Positions 1-8,913 of a stretch of 18,729 nucleotides of DNA are shown here, piece by piece (positions within the stretch are counted from its first letter, which is position 1; every line of letters starts with the position of its first letter). The notes beneath the pieces are model-generated. The model was not told the DNA's origin, did no database searches, and was given only the letters and a program-made list of their open reading frames with translations. Position numbers and translations under genes: made by a program. The stretch lies in the NCBI GenBank assembly GCA_035297365.1, contig DATGZA010000038.1, forward strand, positions 1 through 18,729, written 5' to 3'. Source of the DNA: Nitrososphaeraceae archaeon (lineage in GTDB: Archaea > Thermoproteota > Nitrososphaeria > Nitrososphaerales > Nitrososphaeraceae).

Positions 1-1
1 A

Positions 2-226
2 GGACATCTTCACAATGAAGAGAAATTATGGATAGCTTTTAGTATAATAATAAGTATAATTGGATTTTCAGCTTTTAATTCTACCATTACTCAATTTACC
101 AACAATGTCTTGGCTAATATTTCAATTGCATTCGGATTCGGATTTTCATCAGAAAAAATTCTTGAATTAGCCAGATCATTTACAACTAAATATAGATCCG
201 TTGAAGAAAGCTTTCAAAATAAATAG
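2..226 (+). CDS. 3' end of a membrane protein, truncated by the window edge
   Basis: Stop-free frame from base 2 to TAG at 224-226: GHLHNEEKLWIAFSIIISIIGFSAFNSTITQFTNNVLANISIAFGFGFSSEKILELARSF...QNK*. It has two hydrophobic segments. Not in the ORF track because the start lies outside the window. Confidence 0.7.
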   Translation, partial: GHLHNEEKLWIAFSIIISIIGFSAFNSTITQFTNNVLANISIAFGFGFSSEKILELARSFTTKYRSVEESFQNK

Positions 227-247
227 CCATATAACAAACCTATAAAG

Positions 248-339
248 TAACTGGTCCCACTTAATCGAAGGGTTCAAATCCCACACATTAGCTGAAAAAA
301 AGAGTACTGAACCCCTGTACTTTTGCTGGTCCCATTTAC
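248..339 (+). repeat. Family B repeat, copy 1 (~92 bp): tRNA T-arm-like core GGGTTCAAATCCCAC flanked by direct TGGTCCCA repeats
   Basis: Aligns along its length with the reverse complement of 9456-9547. GAAGGGTTCAAATCCCACACATT and TACTGAACCC are identical in both copies. Confidence 0.9.
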
Positions 340-446
340 TCTTTATAATAAACTTCATATTCAATATTGCCTATTTGACAGTACAATTTAAAAAAATTTA
401 TATCTAGATAGCATTATAAAATCAGAAATAGTAAACAAATATTTAT

Positions 447-662
447 TCAATTAATTAGGTTTTTTTGTTCAGACCAATATATTCTACTATTTTTGCCACA
501 CTCATTGCATTTATGTAATGTTTCAATATCGTCTCTATTAATTCTATTTTTATTTGGTTTTGTATGTATATCGTCTGGTTTTACAACAGTAAATTCAGCT
601 CCACAATAAATACAACTAAAATATTTACCTGTATTAGCTGGCATGAGAAATCTATATATCAT
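447..662 (-). CDS. Small zinc-ribbon protein (likely start ATG at 644)
   Basis: Two CxxC pairs (CIYC, CNEC) in a 65-71 aa protein, typical of archaeal small Zn-finger proteins. Confidence 0.7.
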   Translation of the reverse strand: MIYRFLMPANTGKYFSCIYCGAEFTVVKPDDIHTKPNKNRINRDDIETLHKCNECGKNSRIYWSEQKNLIN

Positions 663-811
663 CTTCTTAATCTAAATTTATCCTCTAGATTTTTTAAAAA
701 TAGTTAAGATATTTCTATATTTTTATTATTATTATTGTCATTTTATTTTAAAAATATTGATCTATTTTAAATATTTAATTTCTTAAACATTATATAGATT
801 CTTTTAAAAAA

Positions 812-884
812 GACCAAATTTTAGGTCAAATTTGTTTCACATCCCACTGCCCCCATTGCGATATTAGTTATCAAATTGAATTCA
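812..884 (+). repeat. Family A repeat, copy 1 (core 826-858)
   Basis: Core TCAAATTTGTTTCACATCCCACTGCCCCCATTG. Left arm GACCAAA-TTT is shared with copies 3 and 5. Right arm (to TCAAATTGAATTCA) is shared with copy 4. Confidence 0.9.
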
Positions 885-969
885 CTCTTAAAAATAAAAA
901 CCTACATTTTTGGTAGTTGTTCTCGCAAAAAATACAAAAAAAAGCAGAAATATATTTCTAAATTATTAG

Positions 970-1929
970 TTAAATATCAAGAAATGTATTTACCAATGTA
1001 CTTAATCTTTCAGGGTATTGAAACATTACCCCGTGACCACCATCTTTGAACTGTGCCAACCATGCCCCGGGAATTTTCTCTGTTAATATTATGGAATTAG
1101 CAGATGATAATAGAAGATCATTTGTTCCTACTATTACAAGTGTGTCTTGAGATATGTCTTTTAATTGATTACATGTTCCTTCCCAAGAGAAAATTGCATT
1201 GAGTTGTTTTTCAAGTATATCAACAGGAGGAAATTCTAAAGATGCAAATTTTTCCATATAGGTAGGATTTTGTTTAATCCAGTTTTGTGTAAATAAAAGA
1301 GGAATAAATCTAGTCTTTATATCTTCAGAAGAACCTGATAAATCTGTAAATTGTTCTACAATTTGCTGGTTTGGTGGAATCGATTGATTTCCACCACAAT
1401 AAGAAGCATATATTATTAAATCGTCAACTTTGTCTGGATAGTTTAATGTTAACTGCTGAGCAATCATTCCACCCATGGAATATCCCAATACGTCAGATCT
1501 ATTAATCTTGAGAGCATCTAATAATCCTGCACTATCTGCAGTAAATTGAGCAATTGTAAAATTTTTGAATCCTACTGAAGTGTTACCAATACCACGATTA
1601 TCAAAAACTATGACTGTATGATTTGTAGATAATCCTTTCAAAAAAATAGGATCCCAATCATTCTTTGAACCTGCATAACCCATAATCAACAAAATTGGAT
1701 CTCCTTTGCCAAAGGTTTTATAAGAAATATCTATATCTCCAACTCTAACTTGTTTGGTTGGAATGTTCTCTAATTTGATGATATTAGTATTACCAGTATT
1801 ATTGTCTGAATCTATAGTCTGAGCATCAATTAAAAGTATCCCGTCGTCGTAATTATAATTACTAATAATTCCAAAACTAAGAATACTTATTAAAGAAATA
1901 ATTACTAAAATATTGAATTGTTTTTTCAA
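970..1929 (-). CDS. Alpha/beta-fold hydrolase with N-terminal signal peptide or membrane anchor
   Basis: Nucleophile elbow G-Y-S-M-G, DNRGIG motif, acid residue in GTND, catalytic His in GGHG, hydrophobic N-terminus. Confidence 0.92.
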   Translation of the reverse strand: MKKQFNILVIISLISILSFGIISNYNYDDGILLIDAQTIDSDNNTGNTNIIKLENIPTKQVRVGDIDISYKTFGKGDPILLIMGYAGSKNDWDPIFLKGLSTNHTVIVFDNRGIGNTSVGFKNFTIAQFTADSAGLLDALKINRSDVLGYSMGGMIAQQLTLNYPDKVDDLIIYASYCGGNQSIPPNQQIVEQFTDLSGSSEDIKTRFIPLLFTQNWIKQNPTYMEKFASLEFPPVDILEKQLNAIFSWEGTCNQLKDISQDTLVIVGTNDLLLSSANSIILTEKIPGAWLAQFKDGGHGVMFQYPERLSTLVNTFLDI

Positions 1930-2301
1930 CTTAATTTAGATCATTTGTTCATACAATTTAAATATTTATTCCTTCCATAAACGTAAAATCTTCCCTTTCT
2001 CTAGTATCAATAACAAAGATATCGTCAATGATTCTGTTGAAAATTGTTCCTCTTTGGCATTTAAGGCAGTAGAATATTAGTTTAATGATTATTATAACAT
2101 TTAATATTGTTAATAGAAGAATTTTATTTACTATCTCTCCCTCTCTTCAACGGTCTCTATTAAATTTATAATACTATCGATTTTCTTTCACTTAGCAGAT
2201 TAGCAGGGATATGCTGAAATCTTGGAATCACTTCGAAATAGCATTTTTTGTAATCTCGTTTTCTACATCTAATTTTATTTTGTCAGGTAGTAAAAAAATC
2301 T

Positions 2302-2510
2302 CTCGAATATAAGAAAAGTAATATTTCTTCAGAACATCATCAAAATAACAATTTGAAAGTTGTAATAACATTTGGCAATTATAGGTAAAGATAATTCATT
2401 TTATGACATTAACAACAAAGAACAAGAACAAATTTTAGAATTTCTTAATACTAAAATTAAGTCATGATGAAGATCCATATAAGAGATGCGTAACAACTTG
2501 GAACAAGTTC
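2302..2510 (+). pseudogene. Frameshifted N-terminal fragment of a Nitrososphaeraceae-type tyrosine integrase
   Basis: Manual translation across two frameshifts: LEYKKSNISSEHHQNNNLKVVITFGN / IGKDNSFYDINNKEQEQILEFLNTKIKS / DEDPYKRCVTTWNK. This matches my recollection of the N-terminus of thaumarchaeal integrases (..SE.HQNNNLK..FLDTKIK...DPDKRWITTWN). The catalytic domain is absent. Confidence 0.7.
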
Positions 2511-2598
2511 ACGAGGTCCAATATGGGATCACCATATCCTGATGTTTCTTTAAAGTGGTCGAAATCAATTGCTAAAATTACCTAGTAATTGAAAACCT

Positions 2599-3000
2599 GT
2601 GGAATTGGACAACGGGAGGGGTCAACCGGCATATAAACTCTACCGTAAGATCACACTTAACATTTTTTGCCATTCAACACTACTTCTTAATAATAAAATA
2701 ATAGCGTTAAGTTCAATATGCTTTAACTCTAAAAACGAAAGATTTATTGTCAATCATACATTCCGAAATGCTATGGAAGTACGATTACATGATATAAGTA
2801 TTCAGTCCGAAGAACAATTTGATAGACTCAATGTTGTTTTATATGATGATTCAGTTAGCAACATAATATCAGATAAAATAATAGAAGTTCAAGTAAAAAT
2901 ATTTACTCGATGAAAATTGACATTGGTAAAAATGGAAATAAATTAGTAAATATACTTTATAGTGATAAAATAAGTTATAAAAAAGAAAAAAATAATCGTG
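2599..3000 (+). pseudogene. Possible decayed MCM-helicase-like N-terminal (Zn/OB-fold) fragment; joins ORFs 2599..2913 and 2910..3128
   Basis: C..N...F....FRNAMEVRLHD...DRLNVVLYDDSVSNIISDKIIEVQVKI resembles the MCM OB segment (F.D.Q.I.LQE...PRSI.V.L.DDLVD...PGD.V.V.GI). It appears to continue by frameshift into KIDIGKNGNKLVNILYS. No AAA+ domain is present. Confidence 0.4.
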
Positions 3001-3033
3001 ACAAATATAATATAAAAATGAGGAATGATTCAC

Positions 3034-3844
3034 TCAGAGAAATGGAGAAACAAACTTCAAAATACATTCGGCCATATCTGCAGCAAATTTTTCACGGCAA
3101 TACCGATTATCTCGGATACAATGAATAACCTCAATCTGTATTGCCACTAGTCCTGGTTTGGTTCGGTTAGTACTGCCATACGTTTTTATAGTGTATCCTC
3201 CGTCTAGCGGGTGATTCTCCAGTTCTTGACTTTCATTTTCTGGGAATACTCTTATTCTTTTTGTTGCTAATAACGGTATTAGACCATTTTTGTGACTCCA
3301 GAAATAATTAGGATCTCTTTCGGTTAATGCTTGCCTTGAGCGTGTTTGATCAGTCCCAATAAGTACCTCAATAAAATTACGTTCGGGGTCCAGTTGTAGG
3401 TGACTTTTCTTCCATTGTACCATGAATATCAAAAAGAAAGGCCAAACCTTTGTCACCTTCAGGAAGCATTTCTTCAATTTTTTGTGAAATTTCATTGTGA
3501 TATTTTAGATATTCTTCCTTAGCCTTAACGCTTGACGGTTCGTTAACGCTTGACGGTACAAATGCACATCTTTCGTTTCTATTATAATCAATAAATTCTT
3601 TCTTAAATTCTGCGTATACTGTATATGGATCTTTTCCGCTTAAACTTTGTATATTTCTAACGATTTCCTCAGTAAGCTTTTCAGTCAATAAATCATTATC
3701 TTCACTAAAACCTTGTCCATCCTCAGGACGACAGATATTAGCAGGAAAGTGAATTGGTCCTCTCTTTATTATGGGCGGATTTGTTGTTGTCCCATCATTT
3801 TTCCCATTATGTGCACATGTAAATAACAATTTTATTTTTGGCAT
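3034..3844 (-). pseudogene. N-formylglutamate amidohydrolase-like gene split by one frameshift (~3377-3410)
   Basis: ORF 3377..3844 has LFTCAHNG, D..T, DYNR, Y..YH and FLFDIHG. The overlapping ORF 3034..3495 supplies IGT, GGYTIKTYG and AIQIEV...R. Together they make one FGase-fold protein. Confidence 0.75.
3525..3557. repeat. Short in-frame tandem duplication (TTAACGCTTGACGGT x2, 18-bp period)
   Basis: Seen directly; encodes PSSVNE-PSSVKA. Confidence 0.85.
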
Positions 3845-4169
3845 ATAATCACATATTTAATGAATAATTGCATATTAATAAGAATTTACCAGACATTTAG
3901 TTAGCAGCTATAAAGAATTTGACACTTTCTCTTAATCGAAATATATTTCTATAATATAATAGAATAGCTGCAATAAGATCTATCACAAAACCAATCAGGA
4001 TTATAGATTCTGTCAATATTCTGATTTTAGTTTGAAAAAAATCTTTATTCTTACAAAGTCAAAATGTGATGGTGTTCTATGACATTTTCAAGAATTAGAT
4101 GGAAGATTAAGCATAATTAAACTGGTTTAATGGAATAGCATTCTTGGTAATTTTTATATAAAAAATTGC

Positions 4170-4218
4170 AAATACTCTTTTTAGGTCAAATTTGTTTCAC
4201 ATCCCGCTGGCCTCATTG
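4170..4218 (+). repeat. Family A repeat, copy 2 (core 4186-4218)
   Basis: Core TCAAATTTGTTTCACATCCCGCTGGCCTCATTG. Left arm AAAT(A/C)CTCTTTTT is shared with copy 4. Confidence 0.9.
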
Positions 4219-4273
4219 AACTCGGGGTTCTAATCCTATTTTCAGAAGAATTCATGGAGCAACAATGAAACCT

Positions 4274-5542
4274 TTACAAATTAAAATCGAATTTCAAAGG
4301 CTCATTATATGCCAACTTTTCCAGCATTTTTCTTTCCCCTTGTTCTATTAATTTTTTTGTTGTTTTAGTTGAGAAATCTGCATTATTTAATATTGTAGGC
4401 GACTCTAATTCACTTCTTGTAATTCTTGTAACAGATTTTATTTCTGCACCATAGTTTTCAATTAGATTAGCATACTCTTCTTTTATTTTTTTTAATTCCT
4501 CTCCTTTGATTTTGATTTTGTCGGCATGTTTTTCGAATATGTCATATAATTTTTCTATGAGGTTTATATGTCTAGTTATTAACTTTGACAATTGTATATT
4601 GTACATATCTTTGTCACAGAATAGAATATCTTTATAACGACTAATGACTTCAACCATATTTGTTGGAAGACGATCTATTTTTTGGGGATAGTTTTCGACA
4701 ATAAAAATATTTTTATCATTTCTTGGAGATACAAAAAGAACCTCTCTAATTGGTGTATTACTAAGTAGGCTTCCATCCCAACCATATACATTGTCTTCTA
4801 CCTTAACCCAAGGAAATCCATAAATTGGATAACCCGAACAGGCTAGGATATGTTTTGCCTTAATTTCTGTTAGAGTATTATCAAAAACAAGAGGTTTTCC
4901 AGTCATAACATTTACAGCAGTTATAATAAGTCGGTAGACATTTGGTTTTTCTTCTTGTCTGGCAGCAAGATTTAATTTTTTATAATCGATATACTTTTCA
5001 AGTGTTTTTTCGAGTGGCGAGTGATCATATATATAAGTCCAATTTTTGGGATCAAAATAACTACCCTCATCCATTTTTCTTATTAGACTAGAACTATTTC
5101 CCAACTCCCACCTGGGAACAAACATTTTTGGAACCCCAAAAATTGCAGCGTTTACAGAAGCTGACGATATTTTTTTGACCAAATATTCTTTATTATAGGA
5201 GTCCCACTCATACATCCATAAATCCGGAATAATCTGCATATTACTTTCACTTACCTCAAGCCAAAAATCCTCTAGATCTTTTTCTGGTTGATCGCTTTTA
5301 CTACCTGCAATAATGGCAGCATTTACAGCACCTATAGAAGTTCCAGCAACTATGTCTATATTTATTTTTTGTTTTACTAGTGCCTTAAACACACCGCAGG
5401 CAAAAGATCCAAAAGAACCACCTCCTTGCATAATAAGAACATTTTCTAAATCTCTTGTTCTTTTATGTCTTGGTGGACTTTCTTCTTTTATTTCATAACT
5501 CATATCTATAATATCTTTTTCAAAGACTAAAAATTTTCTCAT
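4274..5542 (-). CDS. Patatin-like phospholipase (likely start ATG at 5503)
   Basis: Gly-rich loop QGGGSFG, catalytic G-T-S-I-G, and WDGS (variant of the DGG motif). Confidence 0.93.
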   Translation of the reverse strand: MRKFLVFEKDIIDMSYEIKEESPPRHKRTRDLENVLIMQGGGSFGSFACGVFKALVKQKINIDIVAGTSIGAVNAAIIAGSKSDQPEKDLEDFWLEVSESNMQIIPDLWMYEWDSYNKEYLVKKISSASVNAAIFGVPKMFVPRWELGNSSSLIRKMDEGSYFDPKNWTYIYDHSPLEKTLEKYIDYKKLNLAARQEEKPNVYRLIITAVNVMTGKPLVFDNTLTEIKAKHILACSGYPIYGFPWVKVEDNVYGWDGSLLSNTPIREVLFVSPRNDKNIFIVENYPQKIDRLPTNMVEVISRYKDILFCDKDMYNIQLSKLITRHINLIEKLYDIFEKHADKIKIKGEELKKIKEEYANLIENYGAEIKSVTRITRSELESPTILNNADFSTKTTKKLIEQGERKMLEKLAYNEPLKFDFNL

Positions 5543-5594
5543 TTGTATTGTTAATTATATTGTTTTTACTATCGACTCTCCTCTAGAAATGTTT

Positions 5595-5634
5595 GGGAAC
5601 GAAATTTCTGTCAAATTTGTTGCACACCCCACAG
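5595..5634 (+). repeat. Family A repeat, copy 3 (degenerate, 3'-truncated; core from 5611)
   Basis: GGGAACGAAATTTCTGTCAAATTTGTTGCACACCCCACAG versus copy 5 GGGACCAAAATTTGTGTCAAATTTGTTTCACATCCCACTG. Confidence 0.8.
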
Positions 5635-5749
5635 AAAGAGATATAAAAATGGTATTAATTCATTGATTTATCAAATAACAAAGTCCTTATCTAACAAATC
5701 TCTTTAATAATATACTTGATACAACAACAAAAGAGGCAATTGGTAGAAT

Positions 5750-5985
5750 GGTTTTCATGATTCCAAAATAGCTAGACTAGCAATGGTTGATCTTGAGAAT
5801 AATCAACCTTATGTTGTTACAGTAGTATTTGTTTTTGATGGTAATAATATTTTCATTCCAATAGATGATAAACCTAGAAGAGTAAATTCAAACCAATTGA
5901 AAAGAGTAAAAAATATTCAAAAAATCCTAATGTTTCTTTTCTAATAGATATATATGATGACAAAGACTGGAATCTCTTATTTGAT
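5750..5985 (+). pseudogene. PPOX-class (pyridoxamine 5'-phosphate oxidase-like, probable F420-dependent, Rv0121-like) fragment
   Basis: IARLAMVDLENNQPYVVTVVFVFDGNNIFIPIDDKPRR...QLKRVKNIQK, then a frameshift in an A-run, then NPNVSFLIDIYDDKDW. This fits the ARLAT..P.VVP.VF..D.KP..R..NI..NP.VS.L.D.Y..DW signature. No start codon and the C-terminus is lost. Confidence 0.8.
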
Positions 5986-6086
5986 GATCCTATTAAAATT
6001 ACCCTCTTGTTATTGTAGTTATCATCTTATTTAGATAACTAGTTGAGTTATGATCCATATTTTCATTCTGCTAGAAATTAATCAAA

Positions 6087-6776
6087 TTAATTTCTTCCTA
6101 ACATTTCTATTACTTTTTGTGCCGCAACAAATGACGATGCAGGATTCTGACCTGTAATCAACTTTCCATCAGTTACAACAAAGGGTTTAAAATTTTCAGC
6201 TTTTTCAAATTTCCCACCTAATTCTTTCATACGATCTTCTAACAAAAATGGAACTACTTTCTCTAGATGTACAGCACTTTCTTCACTGTCTGTAAATCCT
6301 GTTACCTTTTTACCTTTCAATATTGAATTTCCATCTTTATCTGTAGCCTGTAATAATCCTGCTGGGGCATGACATACGGCACTAACAAATTTTCCACCAA
6401 AGTAAAAATCTTCAACTAATTTTTTTAAATTTTTATCTGTTGCTAAATCCCACATGGGTCCATGACCTCCTGGGATAAATAATGTATCATAGTCGTTAGC
6501 TGACACTTGGCTTAATACCAACGTATTTGCTAACTTTTCTTGAGCAGATTTATCTTTTTGAAAACGTCGTGTAGAGTCAGTCTGCCATTCTTTTAGATTG
6601 CTCTTTGGATCCATTGGAGGTTGTCCCCCCTTTGGAGAAGCAATTGTCACACCGTATCCATTATCTATAAACTCATAGTAGGGAGAAGCAAATTCTTCTA
6701 ACCAAAATCCTGTTTTTTGTCCAGTATTTCCTAATTGATCATGAGAAGTCAAAACAAAAAGAACTTTTTTCTTCAT
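6087..6776 (-). CDS. DJ-1/PfpI family (class I glutamine amidotransferase-like) protein, Hsp31/glyoxalase III-like
   Basis: TGFWLEEFASPY (conserved Glu), PGGHGPMWDL, AVCHAP (Cys-His), LITGQNPAS. Confidence 0.93.
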   Translation of the reverse strand: MKKKVLFVLTSHDQLGNTGQKTGFWLEEFASPYYEFIDNGYGVTIASPKGGQPPMDPKSNLKEWQTDSTRRFQKDKSAQEKLANTLVLSQVSANDYDTLFIPGGHGPMWDLATDKNLKKLVEDFYFGGKFVSAVCHAPAGLLQATDKDGNSILKGKKVTGFTDSEESAVHLEKVVPFLLEDRMKELGGKFEKAENFKPFVVTDGKLITGQNPASSFVAAQKVIEMLGRN

Positions 6777-6796
6777 AAAATTTTTATTCTGTTTAT

Positions 6797-6806
6797 TATA
6801 TTTAAG
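6797..6806 (-). promoter_or_regulatory. Candidate archaeal TATA box for the DJ-1/PfpI gene (leaderless transcript)
   Basis: Minus-strand CTTAAATATA centred ~25 bp upstream of ATG 6776. The AT-rich background limits specificity. Confidence 0.4.
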
Positions 6807-6823
6807 ATTTAAAATAATACTTT

Positions 6824-7138
6824 GGTACTGTCAATTATTCTGTTAGCTATGACAATTAGGAAAATTATTCAAGATTTAGAACTAAACCAAGTTTTTTGGG
6901 AGATTAAGGTTAACTGTTGATGTAAAGCTTACATTCACATTCCTATGAAAAGGGCATAAAAAAGAACCATTGAATATGTAAATGATAGAACAGAAAATTT
7001 TGACTTTAATCTTTCCCATGTCTACAACTGGATTCAATTATTTGTATGTATGCACAATAGTATAAGAAGGTCTCATCTAAAATTTCGATTATTGATGTAC
7101 CTTTTAGGAGGTGGTACAAGTATATCCTTAACATTGCC
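6824..7138 (+). mobile_element. Internally deleted IS6-family relic with a C-terminal transposase fragment (~6938-7114)
   Basis: HSYEKGI/KRTIEYVNDRTENFD..NLSHVYNWIQLFVCMHN matches the archaeal IS6 transposase C-terminus as I recall it. Imperfect terminal inverted repeats: GGTACTGTCAAT at 6824 and the reverse complement GGCAATGTTAAG ending at 7138. Confidence 0.7.
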
Positions 7139-7202
7139 TATAATAATATACAAGACAAAATAAATAGATACCAACTTTAATCCATGATTACTAACTAATT
7201 AA

Positions 7203-7277
7203 AAATCCTCTTTTTGAGTGAAATTTAATTCATATCCCACTGACCCCATTGTGACAATAGTTCTCAAATTGGATTCA
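7203..7277 (+). repeat. Family A repeat, copy 4 (core 7219-7251)
   Basis: Core TGAAATTTAATTCATATCCCACTGACCCCATTG. Right arm TGACAATAGTTCTCAAATTGGATTCA matches copy 1 CGATATTAGTTATCAAATTGAATTCA. Left arm matches copy 2. Confidence 0.88.
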
Positions 7278-7446
7278 TTTATAAATATTAAAGACAATTG
7301 ATCTTTCTAATTAATCAAAATATCCCAGTCTAGAAACAATTAAAAACTTTTTTAGAAACAGAGAGAATATGTAATGCTTATTTCATCATTCACTTCCATG
7401 ATGTCTTTTTGAGATTAATATTACTATTCTACTAATTAATTATAAC

Positions 7447-7752
7447 CTATTTACTATCAACCGCCTCTATTATCATACCTATATTACTAACTATGTAATT
7501 TGATACATATGGCAGAGCTGTGTTGATGTCTTTAGTTGAAAAACCTTGTTGCCTAGCAATAGATCTGAAATTTGCTCTTATACCACCAATTACATATCCT
7601 ATGTAAAAATCCGCATTACCCCTCACTAGTCTATCTTAGCCAATTCTTTCAAACGTGTCCTCAAGTTGATCTCTGGCAGCTTTAAATTCTGCTATTGTAG
7701 CATTAAGTGCCTCAAAAGATAATATAAGCATTTGATTATCATTGAATGTCAT
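7447..7752 (-). pseudogene. 101-codon hypothetical gene with one in-frame TAA (7636-7638)
   Basis: MTFNDNQMLILSFEALNATIAEFKAARDQLEDTFERIG*DRLVRGNADFYIGYVIGGIRANFRSIARQQGFSTKDINTALPYVSNYIVSNIGMIIEAVDSK*. One frame from ATG to TAG with protein-like composition. Confidence 0.7.
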
Positions 7753-7925
7753 ATTAACTAACTTCAGTGAGAGGAGTTAATATTTTTCGTTTCAAAGCCA
7801 TTGAATTTTAATTCTTCATTTATCTTTTTAAATCGCACCTTCTTAGATAAGCTTTCAAAATAATTGCCTATACACAAAATACTTCTTAAAATCTTGACAA
7901 GAAAAAAAGAAAATTTGTGATATGG

Positions 7926-8540
7926 TTATTTGCTGCTTTTATTTTCTAGTATTGTTGTACCTGCAGTTGTCATTGACTGCCCTTGCAATTTCATTGGTTC
8001 AAACACGATCCCAAATAGTGGTTTGTCACCAAAATGATTTTGTAATTTTGACTGATCTAACATGACGTTAACAACTTCATGATTATCGACTTTTATTGTG
8101 ATAGGAACTTCATTAACTGGACTATTTTTCATAGTAACTGTCACTGTTCCTTTGTATACTGGCATATTGTCTTCTTTGGTTGCCTCTTTTAATACAAAGT
8201 TTGAAATCTCATGCATATGTTTTTCTATACCATCAGGTTTCACCATATGTAATGTGGCATCGAACAAAGCTTTATTAGTTTCGCTAAATTGTGTAGTGTT
8301 TATAACGTTGGTTTTAAAATGTCCTGATATTAACCATTCTGTTTTTCCTGCTTTATCTTGAACCATTCCAATAATTTGTCCATAACCTAGTCCTTTTTCG
8401 TTCATTCCTTTATTATATCCAATAGGGTAGGCAAAGGTCATTTTATTTAGTGATGGCGCTGCGAATATTAAAATGAACGCTACTGTGACACTTGCATAGA
8501 CTATCGTTGATTTATAGGTTTTATTTAGCATTAATAGCAT
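7926..8540 (-). CDS. Secreted or membrane-anchored hypothetical protein (thaumarchaeal beta-rich family)
   Basis: N-terminal hydrophobic segment; WLISG..F..M.K.DG...H.H.ISNF..GTVTVT..HFG..P.FG pattern; TATA-like sequence at ~8554-8565. Confidence 0.8.
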   Translation of the reverse strand: MLLMLNKTYKSTIVYASVTVAFILIFAAPSLNKMTFAYPIGYNKGMNEKGLGYGQIIGMVQDKAGKTEWLISGHFKTNVINTTQFSETNKALFDATLHMVKPDGIEKHMHEISNFVLKEATKEDNMPVYKGTVTVTMKNSPVNEVPITIKVDNHEVVNVMLDQSKLQNHFGDKPLFGIVFEPMKLQGQSMTTAGTTILENKSSK

Positions 8541-8650
8541 TGTGTCTTGATTGTTTATATATATTAGTAAACCAAGTTAATATATATCATTACAACAACG
8601 TCTGTTAATTTAAGCAGCAAAAGATATAGCTAAGAACATTCTGTTTATCA

Positions 8651-8806
8651 TATGAAATTAAATTTGAAAGAAATAAAACATCTTCTTTTATTGTAATGTA
8701 CTCTATTTATCTATACTTAGTTTAAGTTTAAAAAAACTGTAAAGCATTCAGGCCATTTAAAGATCGAAAACGAAGTCATGTTGCTGTTTGGGAATGGATT
8801 CAATGA
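8651..8806 (+). mobile_element. IS6-family transposase N-terminal fragment (pseudogene)
   Basis: YEIKFERNKTSSFIVMYSIYLY / LSLKK..KAFRPFKDRKRSHVAVWEWIQ* matches the archaeal IS6 HTH region (MY.LYLYF.GLS.R...AL......RSHV.VW.WIQ). Confidence 0.75.
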
Positions 8807-8913
8807 ATTCAAACTATTATTCTTCTATGGTGATAGTTATTACACTTCTAACATGAACTACAAATATAAATTCTGATATTATGCATATAATAGCAGGAAA
8901 AAAGAATAGAAAT

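Noticed and set aside
248-339. Intact tRNA gene at the GGGTTCAAATCCC motifs (also 9456-9547)
   Set aside because: No D-arm, anticodon arm or acceptor stem can be formed; only the T-arm-like core is present.
176-364. 62-aa minus-strand ORF
   Set aside because: It runs antisense across repeat B (WDLNP is the reverse-read T-arm) and the end of the plus-strand membrane gene.
1957-2080. Minus-strand CxxC peptide (LIFYCLKCQRG...)
   Set aside because: No start codon, a single CxxC, and too short to support.
5792-5819. dif-like site CTTGAGAATAA-TCAACC-TTATGTTGTTA
   Set aside because: It lies in frame inside the PPOX pseudogene (LENNQPYVV), has weak outer-arm symmetry and occurs once; probably coincidental.
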